A stretch of 64,000 nt of DNA from Hypanus sabinus (lineage: Eukaryota), in NCBI RefSeq assembly GCF_030144855.1, contig NC_082729.1:17360001-17424000 (forward strand), written 5' to 3'. The notes beneath the pieces are model-generated. The model did not search any database, had not been told where the DNA came from, and was given only the letters and a program-made list of their open reading frames with translations. Shown here piece by piece: positions 37,431 through 49,669 of this stretch (within the stretch, counting starts at the first letter, position 1; each line of letters starts with the position of its first letter). The translations under genes were made by a program, and so were the position numbers.

Positions 37431-38040
37431 GACAAAGGTATGAATTGAATGAATTAATAAATGAATTGACAAGATAGAAGAGTGTGTAATAATTACCACC
37501 CCCCGTCTGTATGTGACTGAGTGGGTTCCCTCCCTGGGTTTTGTACTTGTCACCAGTAAAGATGTCAGTTGAGATCAACGTGTTTTTGCATGGACTGAAT
37601 GCAGCAATACCTGGTGAGGGCCCCAGTAGGGAGCTCCTGCCCCACCCGGAAGAAGGCACTATTCCTCAAGCTTGGAAGTGGCCGGGATGAGGTACTCAAC
37701 CGTATCTCCGATGTGGTATACTGGGTGCGGTCGCAAGAGACAAAAGGCAGTCATGCTAAAGGGGGACTGGCTGGCACCATTTCCAGCCGGTCCCCTTATA
37801 GCACGACTGCCTTTCGTCTCACTAGGTCGGCTGCCATGGACCTAGCGAGGCTGAAGGAAAGAAGTGACACTGCAGTGCGCTGCCTCTTGCCTCATCAAAT
37901 AGTGCCTCCATTGGGTTAGGTGGGGTGGGCTACAGACACCCACAGTGCCTCAGGTTGTGGCTGACTTTTGGATTTTGTTGCTGACTCTGAGGTTACTGGG
38001 GACAGCGGACTCCATCAGGTGGGGGCAATGTGGTGCTCTG
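37431..38040. repeat. ~610-bp direct repeat, copy 2
   Basis: Closely similar to 35879-36497. Confidence 0.9.
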
Positions 38041-38049
38041 GGGAGTGGA

Positions 38050-39990
38050 AATTCAGAAATCAGTGGTGCAAAAGGACTGGGGAATTCTCATACAAGATTC
38101 CTAAAGTTTAACTTGCAAGTCGAATCGGTGGCAAGGAAGGAAAATGAAATGTTAACATTCACTTCAACAGGATTAAAAAATAAAAGCAAGGATGCAATAT
38201 TGAGGCATAAAAAGGCATTGGTCAAACTGCACTTGGAGTACTGTTAGCAGTTTTGGACCCCTTATCTGAGAAAGGATGTGATGGCATTGGAGAGAGTCCA
38301 GAAGATTTTCAAGAGAATTATCAGGGGAACGAAAGGGTTGAGGTATGAGGAACATTTGATGGCTCTGGGCCTGTACTCACTGGAATTTTGAAGAATGATA
38401 GAGGATCTAATTGAAACCCATTGAAGACTAAAAGGCAGAGATTGGGTGGACGTAGAAAGGATGTTTCTTATAGTGGGTGGATCTTACACCAGCGGGCACA
38501 GCCTCAGAATATAAGGAAGTCCCTCTAGAGGTTGAGATGGAAAATATATCAGCCATTATGGAATGTCTGAGCAGACTCGACTAAATGGCCTAATTCTGCT
38601 CCTATGTCTTATGGTCTTAAGATGGTGTGCTGAAAAAAACAGAGTGCAAATGCTGAACCAAATCTTTGAGAGGTGAGCTTCCCTTTGTGCAACCTTTCTG
38701 AGTGTGGAAGTTCAGTAAGGCAACAGTAAAGATGATAAGCTGACAAAGGGTACAGACATAGTCTAGTCATCCAAGCTGAACAAGGGCTTTGAAAGCCTAA
38801 CTCTCCTTTGTGCAACTTTTCCATTTAAGCCTGGGAACCAAGGTTACCAAGAATAGCAAGATAAAGGTAGAAATGAATGATTCTATGGCAACACCTGCTA
38901 CTGGAATTTTATTTCACTAATTCTCAAACATTACTGGCCTATAACACATAGATTTAATTGCTTGTTAACCCCTGAAATATGTATTATGCTTAATACTTTA
39001 AACAGAAAATTGATGGATTCAGAAGTGCAGTATCTTTTAGACCAATATCTGTACACAAGGAGTCAATTTCTGTATAAAAATAGCATTGCTTTGTTCAGGC
39101 TTCAGAACAGTGTAGTGATAGGGGCCAAGCTGTTCTCCTTGTGCACATCAAAATAGAGTGTCATTAAGGAATGATGCAAGGTTTCAGAATCCAGTTAATT
39201 ACAGAATAGACATTCAAGTTATCTATTTTACTAAACACAATATATTCTGTAGATGCTGGAAATCCCAGAGCATTGCACACAAAATTCTGGAGGAATATTG
39301 GAACAGTCAATATTTCAGACCAAGATCCTACTTCAGGACTGGGAATGAAAGGAGAAAACAGCAGAATAAGAAGTTGGGGAGAAGGGGAGGAGGTGATAGG
39401 TGAAGCTAGGTGGGTGGGAAAGGTAAAGTCCTGGAGAAGGAATCTGATAGGAATGAAGGGTGGACCATGGGAGAAAGAGAAGGAGGAGGAGCATCACGGG
39501 TATGTGATAGGCAAGTGAGAAGAAGACTAAAGATGCTAGAATGGGGAACAGAAGAAACAATGGAGAGGGAAGGAGAAATTGTTATGCCATATACCCAAGT
39601 CCCTAAGTTTATTCAGGCAGAATAATTCAAAAGATCAGTACAGTGAGGTAGTACAAAAGGGATTAAAAAAAAACAGAATCAGATCACAGAATATTTTGTT
39701 ACATCTGCAGAGAAAATTTAGTGCAAGGAAAGTACAGAATTTATGAAAAGACCCTTAACAATGTCTATATAGAAGAGGGATCTTGGAGTCCAAGTCCATT
39801 GCTCCCTGCTAGTGGCTACATAGGCTGATAAGGTGGCTAAGATGTTGTATTCCATGCTTGAGTTTATTAGTTGAGGTGACTCAAGGAGGCAGGAAGTTAT
39901 ATTGCAACAGAAGTTAGGAGTCTAGTTGGGCCTCCTCTGGAGCAGTGTCTAAAAGACTAGTTAAGTCTCCTCTGGAATACTGCTTTCAAT
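38050..39990 (+). repeat. Old segmental duplication, paralogous to ~61000-63560
   Basis: Shares apparently non-repeat sequence (e.g. cctaactctc/ttctttgt...caaggt(t/c)accaagaatagca) and the same order of CR1 and PLE fragments. Confidence 0.8.
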
Positions 39991-40889
39991 TCTGGTTGCT
40001 GCATTATAGGTAGGAATTGAAGGCCTTGGAGAGGATACCGAACAGATCCAGACCATAAGACACAGGAGCAGAAATAGGCAATTTGGCCTGTTGAATTTGC
40101 TCCACCACTTCATCATGGAAGATTAATATCCCTCTCAATCTCAACCTTCTGCCTTCTCTCTAACCTTTCGCACCATGACCAATCATATACCCGTCCACCA
40201 CTTTAAATATACTTCATAGTAAAGAAGGCAAATGCCCATGAAATTTATTTCAAGAGGACTAGAATATAAAAGCAAAACTGTCAAAGGTTACAGAGAGAAA
40301 GGAGGAGAATGGGGTTAAAAAGGACAATAAGTTGGCCAGAGCAGACTCGATGGACCTAGTAGCTATTTCTGCTCCTGTATCTTATGGTCCCGTAATCCCA
40401 AGATTACAACCCTGGAAGTCGTGCTTCTTATGGATGATAAACAGGATGCGTTTAGTATAAATTGGTATCAAGCTTAGAATAATATAATGGGCTAAATGGC
40501 CTGTCCAATGCTGTACTGCTCTGAGTTTGTTCTATGTTCCTAGAAACCCAAAAATGAATTAGGATTGCCAAGAGTGAATATTAAATATCATGAGGATTAA
40601 GAAAATTCAATGGTATTTTATATAAATATTCAAAACAAAATTGTTGCAATGGAAACCATAGGAACTCTCAAGAATAAAAGAAGGAATTTATGACTGGAAC
40701 CAGATGAATTGGGTGAGATACTGAACAAGTATGTCACATCAGTATTCATCAAGGACATGAAGGAGACAGAGAGCATGGTAGGGAATGTTTATATTCTGGT
40801 CACTTTAACATCAAGGAGTTGGTGTTGATTTTTTCCACGGGGTGGAAATGTCAAATATGAGAGGGTATAGTTTTATTTTTAAAGGAGCT

Positions 40890-41680
40890 GTCAAGTCAAG
40901 TCGTCAACTTTTATTGTCATTTCGACCATCACTGCTGGAACAGTGCATAGTAAAAATGAGATGTTTTTCAGGACCATGGTGTTACATGTCACAGTACAAA
41001 AAACTAGACTGAAATACGTAATAATAAAAAAAAAACAACACAGAGAAAACTACACTAGACTACAGACCTACACTGGACTGCATAAAGTGCACAAAACAGT
41101 GCAGGCCTTACAATAAATAATAAACAGGACAGTAGGGCAAGGTGCCAGTCCAGGCTTCGGGTATTGAGGAGTCTGATAGCTTGGGGGAAGAAACTGTTAC
41201 ATAGTCCGATTGTGAGAGCCCAAATGCTTCGGAGCCTTTTCCCAGACGGCAGGAGGGAGAAGAGATTGTATGAGGGGTGCTTGGGGTCCTTCATAATGCT
41301 GTTTCCTTTGCGGATGCAGTGTGTAGTGTAAATGTCCGTGATGGCAGGAAGAGAGACCCCGATGATCTTCTCGGCTGACCTCACTATCTGCTGCAGGGTC
41401 TTGCAATCCGAGATGGTGCAATTTCCGAACCAGGCAGTGATGAAGCAGCTCAGGATGCTCTCAATACCACCCCTGTAGAATGTGATGAGGATGGGGGGTG
41501 GGAGATGGACTTTCCTCAGCCTTCGCAAAAAGGAGAGACGCTGCTGGGCTTTCTTTGCTATGGAGCTGGTGTTGAGGGACCAGGTGAGATTCTCTGTCAG
41601 GTGAACACCAAGAAATTTGGTGCTCTTTACGATCTCTACCAAGGAGCCATCGATGTTCAGTGGGGAGTGGTTGCAGGGAC
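40890..41680 (-). mobile_element. Rex/Babar LINE 3' end with intact RT C-terminal ORF
   Basis: 195-aa [16 protein letters not shown]...[13 protein letters not shown]...LLPSGKRLR...NSFFPQAIRLLN, with a (GACTT)n tail. Confidence 0.9.
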
Positions 41681-41795
41681 ATGTGCAGGGACAGTTTTTG
41701 TTTTACACTGAGTGATAGGTGCACAGAAAGAGAAATAGCAAAGAGAGGTAAGAAGAGAATTATGATAGTTATGTATGCTGTTAATCTCTATTAAT

Positions 41796-41920
41796 TACGA
41801 GGGGTGATTGATAAGTTTGTGGCCTAAGGGAGAAGGAGTCAATTTTAGGAAATGTAGCACATTTATTTTTCAACATAGTCCCCTCCTACATTTACACACT
41901 TAGTCCAGCGGTCGTGGACT
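41796..41920 (+). mobile_element. Mariner-type DNA transposon terminal fragment
   Basis: TA|CGAGGGGTGATTGATAAGTTT TIR-like start. No second end or transposase seen. Confidence 0.55.
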
Positions 41921-42645
41921 AACTTATTTACAGCTATTACAGATATTACAGCTATTTACAGTTATTTTACTGTTTCTGGGGTGGTAGCAGCTGGAACAGT
42001 TTGTGGTCGGGTACTATGATACTATGGGCCCTTTTTACACACCTGTCTTTGCAGATGTCCTGAATTTACATTTACACATTTACATGTTCACATTTACAGA
42101 TATGCTGGGCTGGAGAATAAAAAAGATGAGGTGTAGTGGTAAAACACAGGCAGGGGAGAGAAAAACAAAAAGCTGATAGGTGATATACAACGGTCCATGT
42201 AAATAACATTCACTGCCCTACCCTCATCAACCTCTCTCATCATCTTGTCAAAAAACCCGAGCAGCTTGGTAGGGCACGATCTGCTGTGCTCAAATCCATG
42301 CTGGCTCTCCCTAGTTTGGCCAAATGCTTATATACTCAATGGAGAATTTCCTCCAGCAATTTCCCTACGACTGTAATGAGACTCACACGAGGAAATCTGC
42401 AGGTGCTGGAAATTCAAACAACAACACACACAAAATGCTGGTAGAACATAGCAGGCTCGGCAGCATCTAGAAGGAGAAGCACTATCGACGTTTCGGGCCG
42501 AGACCCTTTGTCAGGACTAACCGAAAGGAAAGATATTAAGAGATTTAAAAGTAGTGGGGGGAGGGGGAAATGCGAAATGATGAGACTCAGCGGCTTGCAG
42601 ATCCCAAGAATTTCCCGTTTCCTTCTTAAGTAGGGGTACGTTAGC

Positions 42646-43116
42646 CTCGGCACGTACTCCTGCAGCCGAGAATGTGCCAGTCGGCAGCATTCCCCCACGG
42701 ACATTTCCATGTGCTGGTAGACCATCAAGTTTCGGGCCGACCAAAGAGCGTCTTTGACCGAGTTGATATCTGCCAGCAGCACAGGATGTTGGTCTCGGTG
42801 TGCGTCCCCGGGAACAGCCCGGAGATCAGAGTCCTCTGTAACGCAGCTGATGGGGACGCATTTGGTGCAGCCATCGCAAGGGATGGGTGGGGAAGGACCA
42901 CAGTCTAGGGTTCTTCTCACGCGGGAGTTGAGGGTTAGGGGGGTGGGATGTACACCCCTCAATAAGGGAATATAAATATGGACTAACAGAATGCCACGTG
43001 GGTGGCGAAAAGTGTTAAAATGTAGACTGTATTGGAAGCAGTCGTAAAGGATTGAATGGTTTATTGTATATAATTTTATTTTTGAATAAAGTATATTTTG
43101 TTTAACTTTAAAAAAG
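42646..43116 (+). mobile_element. Tx1/L1-clade 3' end with inverted 5' segment
   Basis: Minus strand 42848-42646 encodes ...KDALWSARNL...CRLAHSRLQEYVPR. The plus strand from ~42850 continues DAFGAAIARDGWGRTTV* then 3'UTR, AATAAA and an A-run. Confidence 0.75.
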
Positions 43117-43139
43117 GTGTCTCAGAGGACCATCCGATG

Positions 43140-43450
43140 TTGGCTGTAATTCTCCGGAGTTCGGATGCTGACGCTGTCTCCAGAATTAGAAACTCTTTGA
43201 TTTAATTCTCTGGAGGTGGTCTGGTTGCTCTGTACAGGGAGACAGTTTGATGTAATTCCCTGGAGTTTGTATGGTGGCGCTGTATAGGGAGACAGTTTGA
43301 TGCAATTCTCTGGCGTTTGTATAGAGGCGCTATACAAGGAGACAGATGTAATACCATGGAGTCTGTATGGAGGCGCTGTGAAAGGAAACTGTCTGCTATA
43401 ATCTAGAATTTGGATGGTGGCGCTAAATAGACAGACTGTTATGTTTCCCA
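43140..43450 (+). repeat. ~50-bp tandem repeat, about 6 degenerate units
   Basis: Units start near 43145, 43201, 43251, 43301, 43347 and 43397. Consensus is TGTAATTCYCTGGAGTTTGTATGGWGGCGCTGTATAGGGAGACAGTTTGA. Confidence 0.9.
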
Positions 43451-43939
43451 GAGCGAAGCTTGAGAAGTAGGTCAAATCATGAAGAAGAGAAAATCTGCAG
43501 ATGCTGGAAATCGAAGCAACACACACGAAATGCTGGAGGAACTAACATTAATGAAAAAGACTACAGTGAATGCTTCGGGCCAAGACCCGACAGCAGGACA
43601 GAATTATATTGACTTTATTACTTACCTCCTTCATATGCATGAGGAGTAAAAATCTTTGTCTAAATGTGTGATTTATAGTAATTTGTAATACATAGTATGT
43701 ACAACAGGACAGTCAATACAACATAGAGATAAAATTGTAGCAGCATGAATCAAACAGTCTTATGGCCTGATGGAAGAAGCTGTCTTGGAGTCTGTCAGTC
43801 CTGGCTTTTATGCTGCGGTACTGTTTCTGGGGTGGTAGCAGCTGGAACAGTTTGTGGTTGGGTACTATGATACTTTTTACACACCTGTCTTTGCAGATGT
43901 CCTGAACAGTGGGAAGGTCACATTTACAGATGTGCTGGG

Positions 43940-44880
43940 CTGGAGAATAAAGAAGTTGAGGTATAGAGGTAAAACGTAGGGAGGGGAGAGAAAAACAAAA
44001 GCTGATAGGTGAAACCAGGAGGGGGAGGGGTGAAGTAAAGAGATGGGAAGTTGATTGGTGAAGGAGATACAGTGCTGGAGAAGAAGGAATTTAATAGGAG
44101 AGAACAGAAGGCCATGGAAGAAAGAAAAGGGGGGAGAAGCCCCAGAGGGAGGCGATGGGCGAGCAAAGGAAGAAGGTGAGAGAGGGAAAAGGGAATGGGG
44201 AATGGTGAAGGGCTGGGGGAAGCTTGAGGAATGAACGTTCATGCCATTAGGTTTGAGGCTAACCAGGCGGAATACAAGGTGTTGTTCCTCCAACTTGAGT
44301 ATGGCCTCATCGTGACAGTGGAGGAGGCCATGGATTGACATATCGGAATGAGAATGGGAAGTGGAATTAAAAAGAGTGGCCACGGGGAGATTCCACTTTT
44401 ACTGGCGGACAGAGCGTAGGTGCTCAGCGAAGCAGTCTCCCAGTCTACGTAGGGTCTCACTGACATACAGGTTACCACGGAAGCACCGGACACAGTATAT
44501 GACCCCAACGGACTCACAGATGAGGAGTTGCCACATCTGGAAGGACTATTTGGGGCCTTTATGGTAGTGAGGGAGGAGGTGTAGCACTTGTTCTGCTTAC
44601 AAGGATAAGTGCCAGGTGGGAGATAACTGGGGAGGGACAAATGAACAAGGGAGAAATGTAGGAATCAATCCCAGTGGAAAGCAGAAAGTTGGGGAGAGGG
44701 AAAGGTGAGCTTGGTGGTGGGATCCTGTTGGAGATGGCGGAAGTTGTGGAGCATTATGTGCTAGATGCAGGGGCTGATAGGCTGCTGAGGACAAGAGGAA
44801 CCCTATCCCTGGTAAGGTGGCGGAAGGATGGGGTGGTAGTAGATATGCATGAAATGAAAGAGATGCAGTTGAGGCCGAGT
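43940..44880 (-). mobile_element. Penelope-like element RT-end/GIY-YIG fragment
   Basis: PPGTYPCKQNKC and ATLFNSTSHSHSDMSIHGLLHCHDEAILKLEEQHLVFRL peptides, frameshifted. Confidence 0.85.
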
Positions 44881-45029
44881 ACCAGCAGCAGTGTCCCGGC
44901 TGCGTCATGAACAGGACATCTGGAGGAACTCGGCAGGCACGGCAGCATCTGTGGAAGACTAAACAGTTAATGTTTTGGGCTAAGACCCTTCGTTTTGAAG
45001 TTGCGCCTTTGCTCCTGACCAGGATCTTG

Positions 45030-45517
45030 AAATTTTGTTTAGGAACCAAACATTCAGTCTTTGTCTTGGATTATTCCAAGCTCTATATCCTGCTGACTAT
45101 TGCAATTGATGGATTTTGGAAGTTTAAATCTAAGATTCTTTTAGAAGTCAGGAATGGGACATAAAACATGTTGCTTCATGATTGCTTTATTAAAAGATGA
45201 TAGAACAGGAACAGAACAGTGAAAGGGGTCTACTACTTGAAGCAGCAAGAGAAACAAAATATGGACTCTTGTGTAACACAGCTACTTTCATACACAAATA
45301 AAAATTTCCATTCAAATCTATGATAACAATAATCCAATAAGAAAGTACTTGGTCAATATTGCAGTACAAATTAACCAATGAGGAAATACTTATTTATGTA
45401 AGTCCCAGAATTATACTTTGTACATGCATAGTAAACTATTATGTATACAAAGGCTACTCAAAATACAAGCAGATAACTAATTGAAAACTGCAAAGAAAAT
45501 GACAAACAGATTCAACA
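45030..45517 (-). mobile_element. ERV-like LTR (copy C, 45107-45517) with PBS(Ser) at 45087-45104
   Basis: Paralogous to 22480-22997; PBS TGCAATAGTCAGCAGGAT matches the tRNA-Ser complement at 14/18. Confidence 0.65.
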
Positions 45518-46940
45518 GACTCAGCACATGCACACACAGTGATTGTACCTTCTAAAACTCAAATTTCTGGGGAAGAATAATATCTCGAAAGCATTTACAA
45601 GCATCGCCTCCTCTGTGCCCAAATGTCACCAATCAAGTCAATATTTTTATGAGAACTCAGTAGCCAGTTTAACATAGCAAGTTCCCACAAGCAATGTACT
45701 CAATGACAACAGACATAGTGTATCAACAAAGTCAACCTAATGTTTTTCCTCTGTCAATCAGCTTCCAAATGTTGCTACCCTGCCATTTGTTGCCACACCC
45801 CCTGCTCTGTTTCCCTGTTCCTCATCATATGCTCTTAACCCTACCACTGACCAGAGCCCCAGACTCTGTCCTCTGCTGACCCGTCTCTGGTTTCTGACCA
45901 TGTTCCACTGAACATACAACTATTGGTCCTCCATTCTGCTTTCGGACTTTGGAGGACAGTGTGTATCCTAACAACCCATCTGTGTGAGAAAGCCCTTTAG
46001 AACCAGTGAAAATGGCCTATATCATTGAAATGAACAGGGAAAAAGGTCATTATCTATCAATGTCATTCTTCCTTGCCCAGATATTCAAAGGATGAAGAAC
46101 AAGCCAAACATGACTGCAGCCAACTCGTCTTCTTCAATCTGCAGAAAGTCATGCAGGAAATTCAGATGAAACCTCTTCACCCACAGAGTGGTGATTATTT
46201 GGAAACCATCTCCACAGGGAGACCCAGAGGTGGACGGCAGGGATGGACTTAAAGGACTGTTACAGAACAAAAACTCCTGCAGGGATCAGATGGGCTCAGT
46301 TGACTCACTGTTGTACACTGGGTGTGTTGTAGCTTCACTAAGTACCTGAGACAGAGTTTAAAATAGAACTGGTTTATTCGTCACAGATCCAGAATACTAA
46401 ACTCCAGTCCTATTAGTGAACATCGACATAATAAACTCCTCCCATGCCCAGTGAACAGGGTGCAGAACTGGGTGTGACGAGCAGCAGCAATAACTGCAGA
46501 GTTTGCCACCAACAATTACTTTTGAACTTGCCTCAGGATTCAGCAACCACAATGGTTAAATGTCCAACATGCAGCCGATTTAAACTTTTTCCCCAGTGTG
46601 GACCGAATAGTGCATCACAAAGTGAGATGACCGAGTGAATCACCTTCCACACTCAGAACTGGTGAATGGTGTGAACTCGCTGATGTGTCAGTAGCTGAAA
46701 TGGCTGAGTGAATCCCTTCCCACAGTCTGACAGGTAAATAGTTTCTCCCCAGTATGAGCTGACTGGTGAGCCAGTAGATCAGTTGATCCAGTGAAACCCA
46801 TCCCACATTCTGAGCAGGTGAAATGCCTCTGTCCAGTGTAAACTTGCTGGTGTTTCTGGAAGTTGTATGACTGTTGTAAACCCCTCCCATACACAGAACA
46901 CGTGAGTGGCCTCTCTCCCAGTGTGAACCAACTGGCGTTT

Positions 46941-48089
46941 CTACTGGCTGCATGATGGAGTGAATCCCTTTCCACAGTCAGAGTAAGTGAATGCCTCTCT
47001 CCCAGTGTGAACTCGCTGGTGTCTCTGCAGACTGAATGACCGAGTGAATTTCTTCCCACACACTGAACACATGAATGGCCTCTCCCCAGTGTGAACTCGC
47101 TGATGTACCTTCAGTTGAGATAACCGAATGAATCTCTTCCCACAGTCTGAGCAGGTAAATGGCTTCTCCCCAGTGTGAATTCGTTGATGTACCTTCAGTT
47201 GAGATGATCGAGTGAATCCCTTACCACAGTCTGAGCAGGTAAATGGCCTCTCCCCAGTGTGAACTCGCTGGTGTCCTAATAGTTGAGATGATTGAGTAAA
47301 TCCTTTCCCACAGTCTGAGCAGGTGAATGGCCTCTCCCCATTATGGACTCGCTGGTGTGTTTGTAGGTGGGATAACTTAGTGAACCCCTTCCCACAGTCT
47401 GAGCAGATGAATGGCCTCTCTCCAGTGTGAAGTCGTCGATGTTCCTTCAGGTGAAATGACCGAGTGAATCCCTTCCCACAGTCTGAGCAGGTGAACGGCG
47501 TCTCCCCAGTGTGAACTGACTGATGAGCCAGTAGGTCAGGTAACCGAGTAAATCCCTTTCCACACATGGAACACACGAATGGCCTTTCCCCAGTGTGAAC
47601 AGACTGGTGTCTCTGTAGGCTGAAGGACCGAGTGAATCCCTTCCCACAATGTGAACAGGTGAATGGCATCTCCCCGGTGTGAACTGACTGGTGTTCCAAT
47701 AGTTGAGATGACCGAGGAAATCCTTTCCCACAGTGTAAGCAGATGAAGGGCCTCTCCCCAGTGTGAACTGGCTGATGTTCCTTCAGTTGAGATAACCGGG
47801 TAAATCCCTTACCACAGTCTGAGCAGGTAAACGGCCTCTCCCCAGTGTGAACTCGCTGATGTTCCTTCATTTGAGATGAACGACAAAATCTCTTCCCGCA
47901 GTGTGAGCAGGTGAACGGCCTCTCCCCAGTGTGAACTCGCTGATGTCCCTTCAGTTGAGATGACCGAGTAAATCTCATCCCACAATCTGAGCAGGTGAAC
48001 GGCCTCTCTCCAGTGTGAATTCGCTGATGTTCCTTCAGGTCAGATGACCGAGTAAATCCCTTCCCACAGTCTAAGCAGGTAAAAGACAT
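46941..48089 (-). CDS. C2H2 zinc-finger array protein (13 intact fingers, 382 aa)
   Basis: Tandem fingers with TGERP linkers; broken fingers continue downstream to ~46580. Acceptor at 48588; AATAAA at 46373-46378 on the minus strand. Confidence 0.88.
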   Translation of the reverse strand: MSFTCLDCGKGFTRSSDLKEHQRIHTGERPFTCSDCGMRFTRSSQLKGHQRVHTGERPFTCSHCGKRFCRSSQMKEHQRVHTGERPFTCSDCGKGFTRLSQLKEHQPVHTGERPFICLHCGKGFPRSSQLLEHQSVHTGEMPFTCSHCGKGFTRSFSLQRHQSVHTGERPFVCSMCGKGFTRLPDLLAHQSVHTGETPFTCSDCGKGFTRSFHLKEHRRLHTGERPFICSDCGKGFTKLSHLQTHQRVHNGERPFTCSDCGKGFTQSSQLLGHQRVHTGERPFTCSDCGKGFTRSSQLKVHQRIHTGEKPFTCSDCGKRFIRLSQLKVHQRVHTGERPFMCSVCGKKFTRSFSLQRHQRVHTGREAFTYSDCGKGFTPSCSQ

Positions 48090-49669
48090 CTCCCCAATGT
48101 GAACTGACCGGTGTGCCAGTAAGTCAGATGACTGATTGAGTCCCTTCCCAGTCTGATCAAGTAAATGGCCTCAATGCTGTGTCTGGGGGTCGGCTGCATG
48201 AGAGAATCCTTTCCCTCACTGAGAGCAGCTGAATGATATCTGCTTGCTTTCAGTTCTCTGACAATTCGTGCAGTCAGATGTCAGACGTAGTGAATCCCTC
48301 ACACAGTCAATGCAGTTGAAGAACTGATCTCTAATGAACCAATGCTGTTGTGTTCTCAGCACCCCGGTTGCAGTGGATTACACCGAGTTACAGACGAAAA
48401 CTCTATTTCAGACTCAAAACCTATTTCCAGCTGGAATGAGATGCTTCTTCATCTCCTAGAATCAAAAAACAGAAATATTGGTGTTACAAAATATCTGGTC
48501 ACTCCTTAAATATTTAGACTGAGACAGCAAATCTGAGTTGCTGTTGTGTTTGATGTCCCCAAACACCAATCCTTTGTCGTGTTTAATCTGTAAAAAGATC
48601 AACAACAGACATCAATGGATGAAAGACAACATTTCAGAAGAGATTTTAGGACTCTGTGGTGAGCTCTGACAGCACACTGTTACAATAAGTTTCAACCCAA
48701 GCTGGAGGAACAGCTCCTTAACAGCTCAGGGCATCTAGACCACCCATCAAATTGTCTAACTCTAAGAATGGACATTCTTGCCCATCACCATCTGTGACTT
48801 CTTTCTCCATTAGTATCATTTCAAGTTCTGCTCACGCCTCACAGCGCTGCAGAGAACACATGCTATCATATGGCTGATCCTGGAGACTTTCTAATTACTC
48901 TGACCCCCCCCACCACACCAGGTGATTGATGGTGGGGAATACCAATGAATACGAAGGGAAAGGCACTAGGATTTCTCATTGGAGTGTGGCCCTTGTATGA
49001 TGCGGAAGCTACAGGTCACTTGTTACCCAGGACAAAAGTGTTTGATAACACTGTGTATCCAGAGAGAATGGTACAAAACACATTCTCATGGGTAGAAGGT
49101 CCAGAATACGAGGAGATAGAATGAAGGTGATTGTCTCAAGAACTAAAGGCGGTGGAATGATTTTGTTCTGTTTTTCCATGCAGCATTAACCGATATTTTT
49201 TATTCGTAGATTCTCCATCCGAGATAAACTCAGAACTATATTTTTGTTTCAAGTTCCTAATCCTTGGATTTAAATAGATGGAGCATGACAGTGTCTGGGA
49301 GATCTATCCACTCCTATTCCCTGTTTACGCTTCCAAACATGCCCTATAGCAGGGAAAGCAGTAGAAGTGTCATCCATGGCTGCCTTTATACCCATAGACC
49401 TCCACAAATGAGTGACAAGTCTATCCATCATGCTTGCAATGATCCATATGTGCCACAGAAATAGCATGAGTACCTTCGCTCATTAGCCGAAAGCTCCTGA
49501 GGCCTGGGTACAGATTGTGGGGCTGAGAGACAGGGATCCGGTGTTTGCAGAACCACGGTGTATCCTAAGCTCGGAGCAATTGCCCCTCGACAGAGGTGCA
49601 GACACCGATGATGCTGATGAAACCGCAAACCTAAGAGAGTCTGCAGATGCTGGACATCCAAAGTAACCC

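Noticed and set aside
43140-43450. CRISPR-like reading of the tandem arrays (also 63495-63880)
   Set aside because: Whole units are homologous, so there are no unique spacers; no cas genes; vertebrate context.
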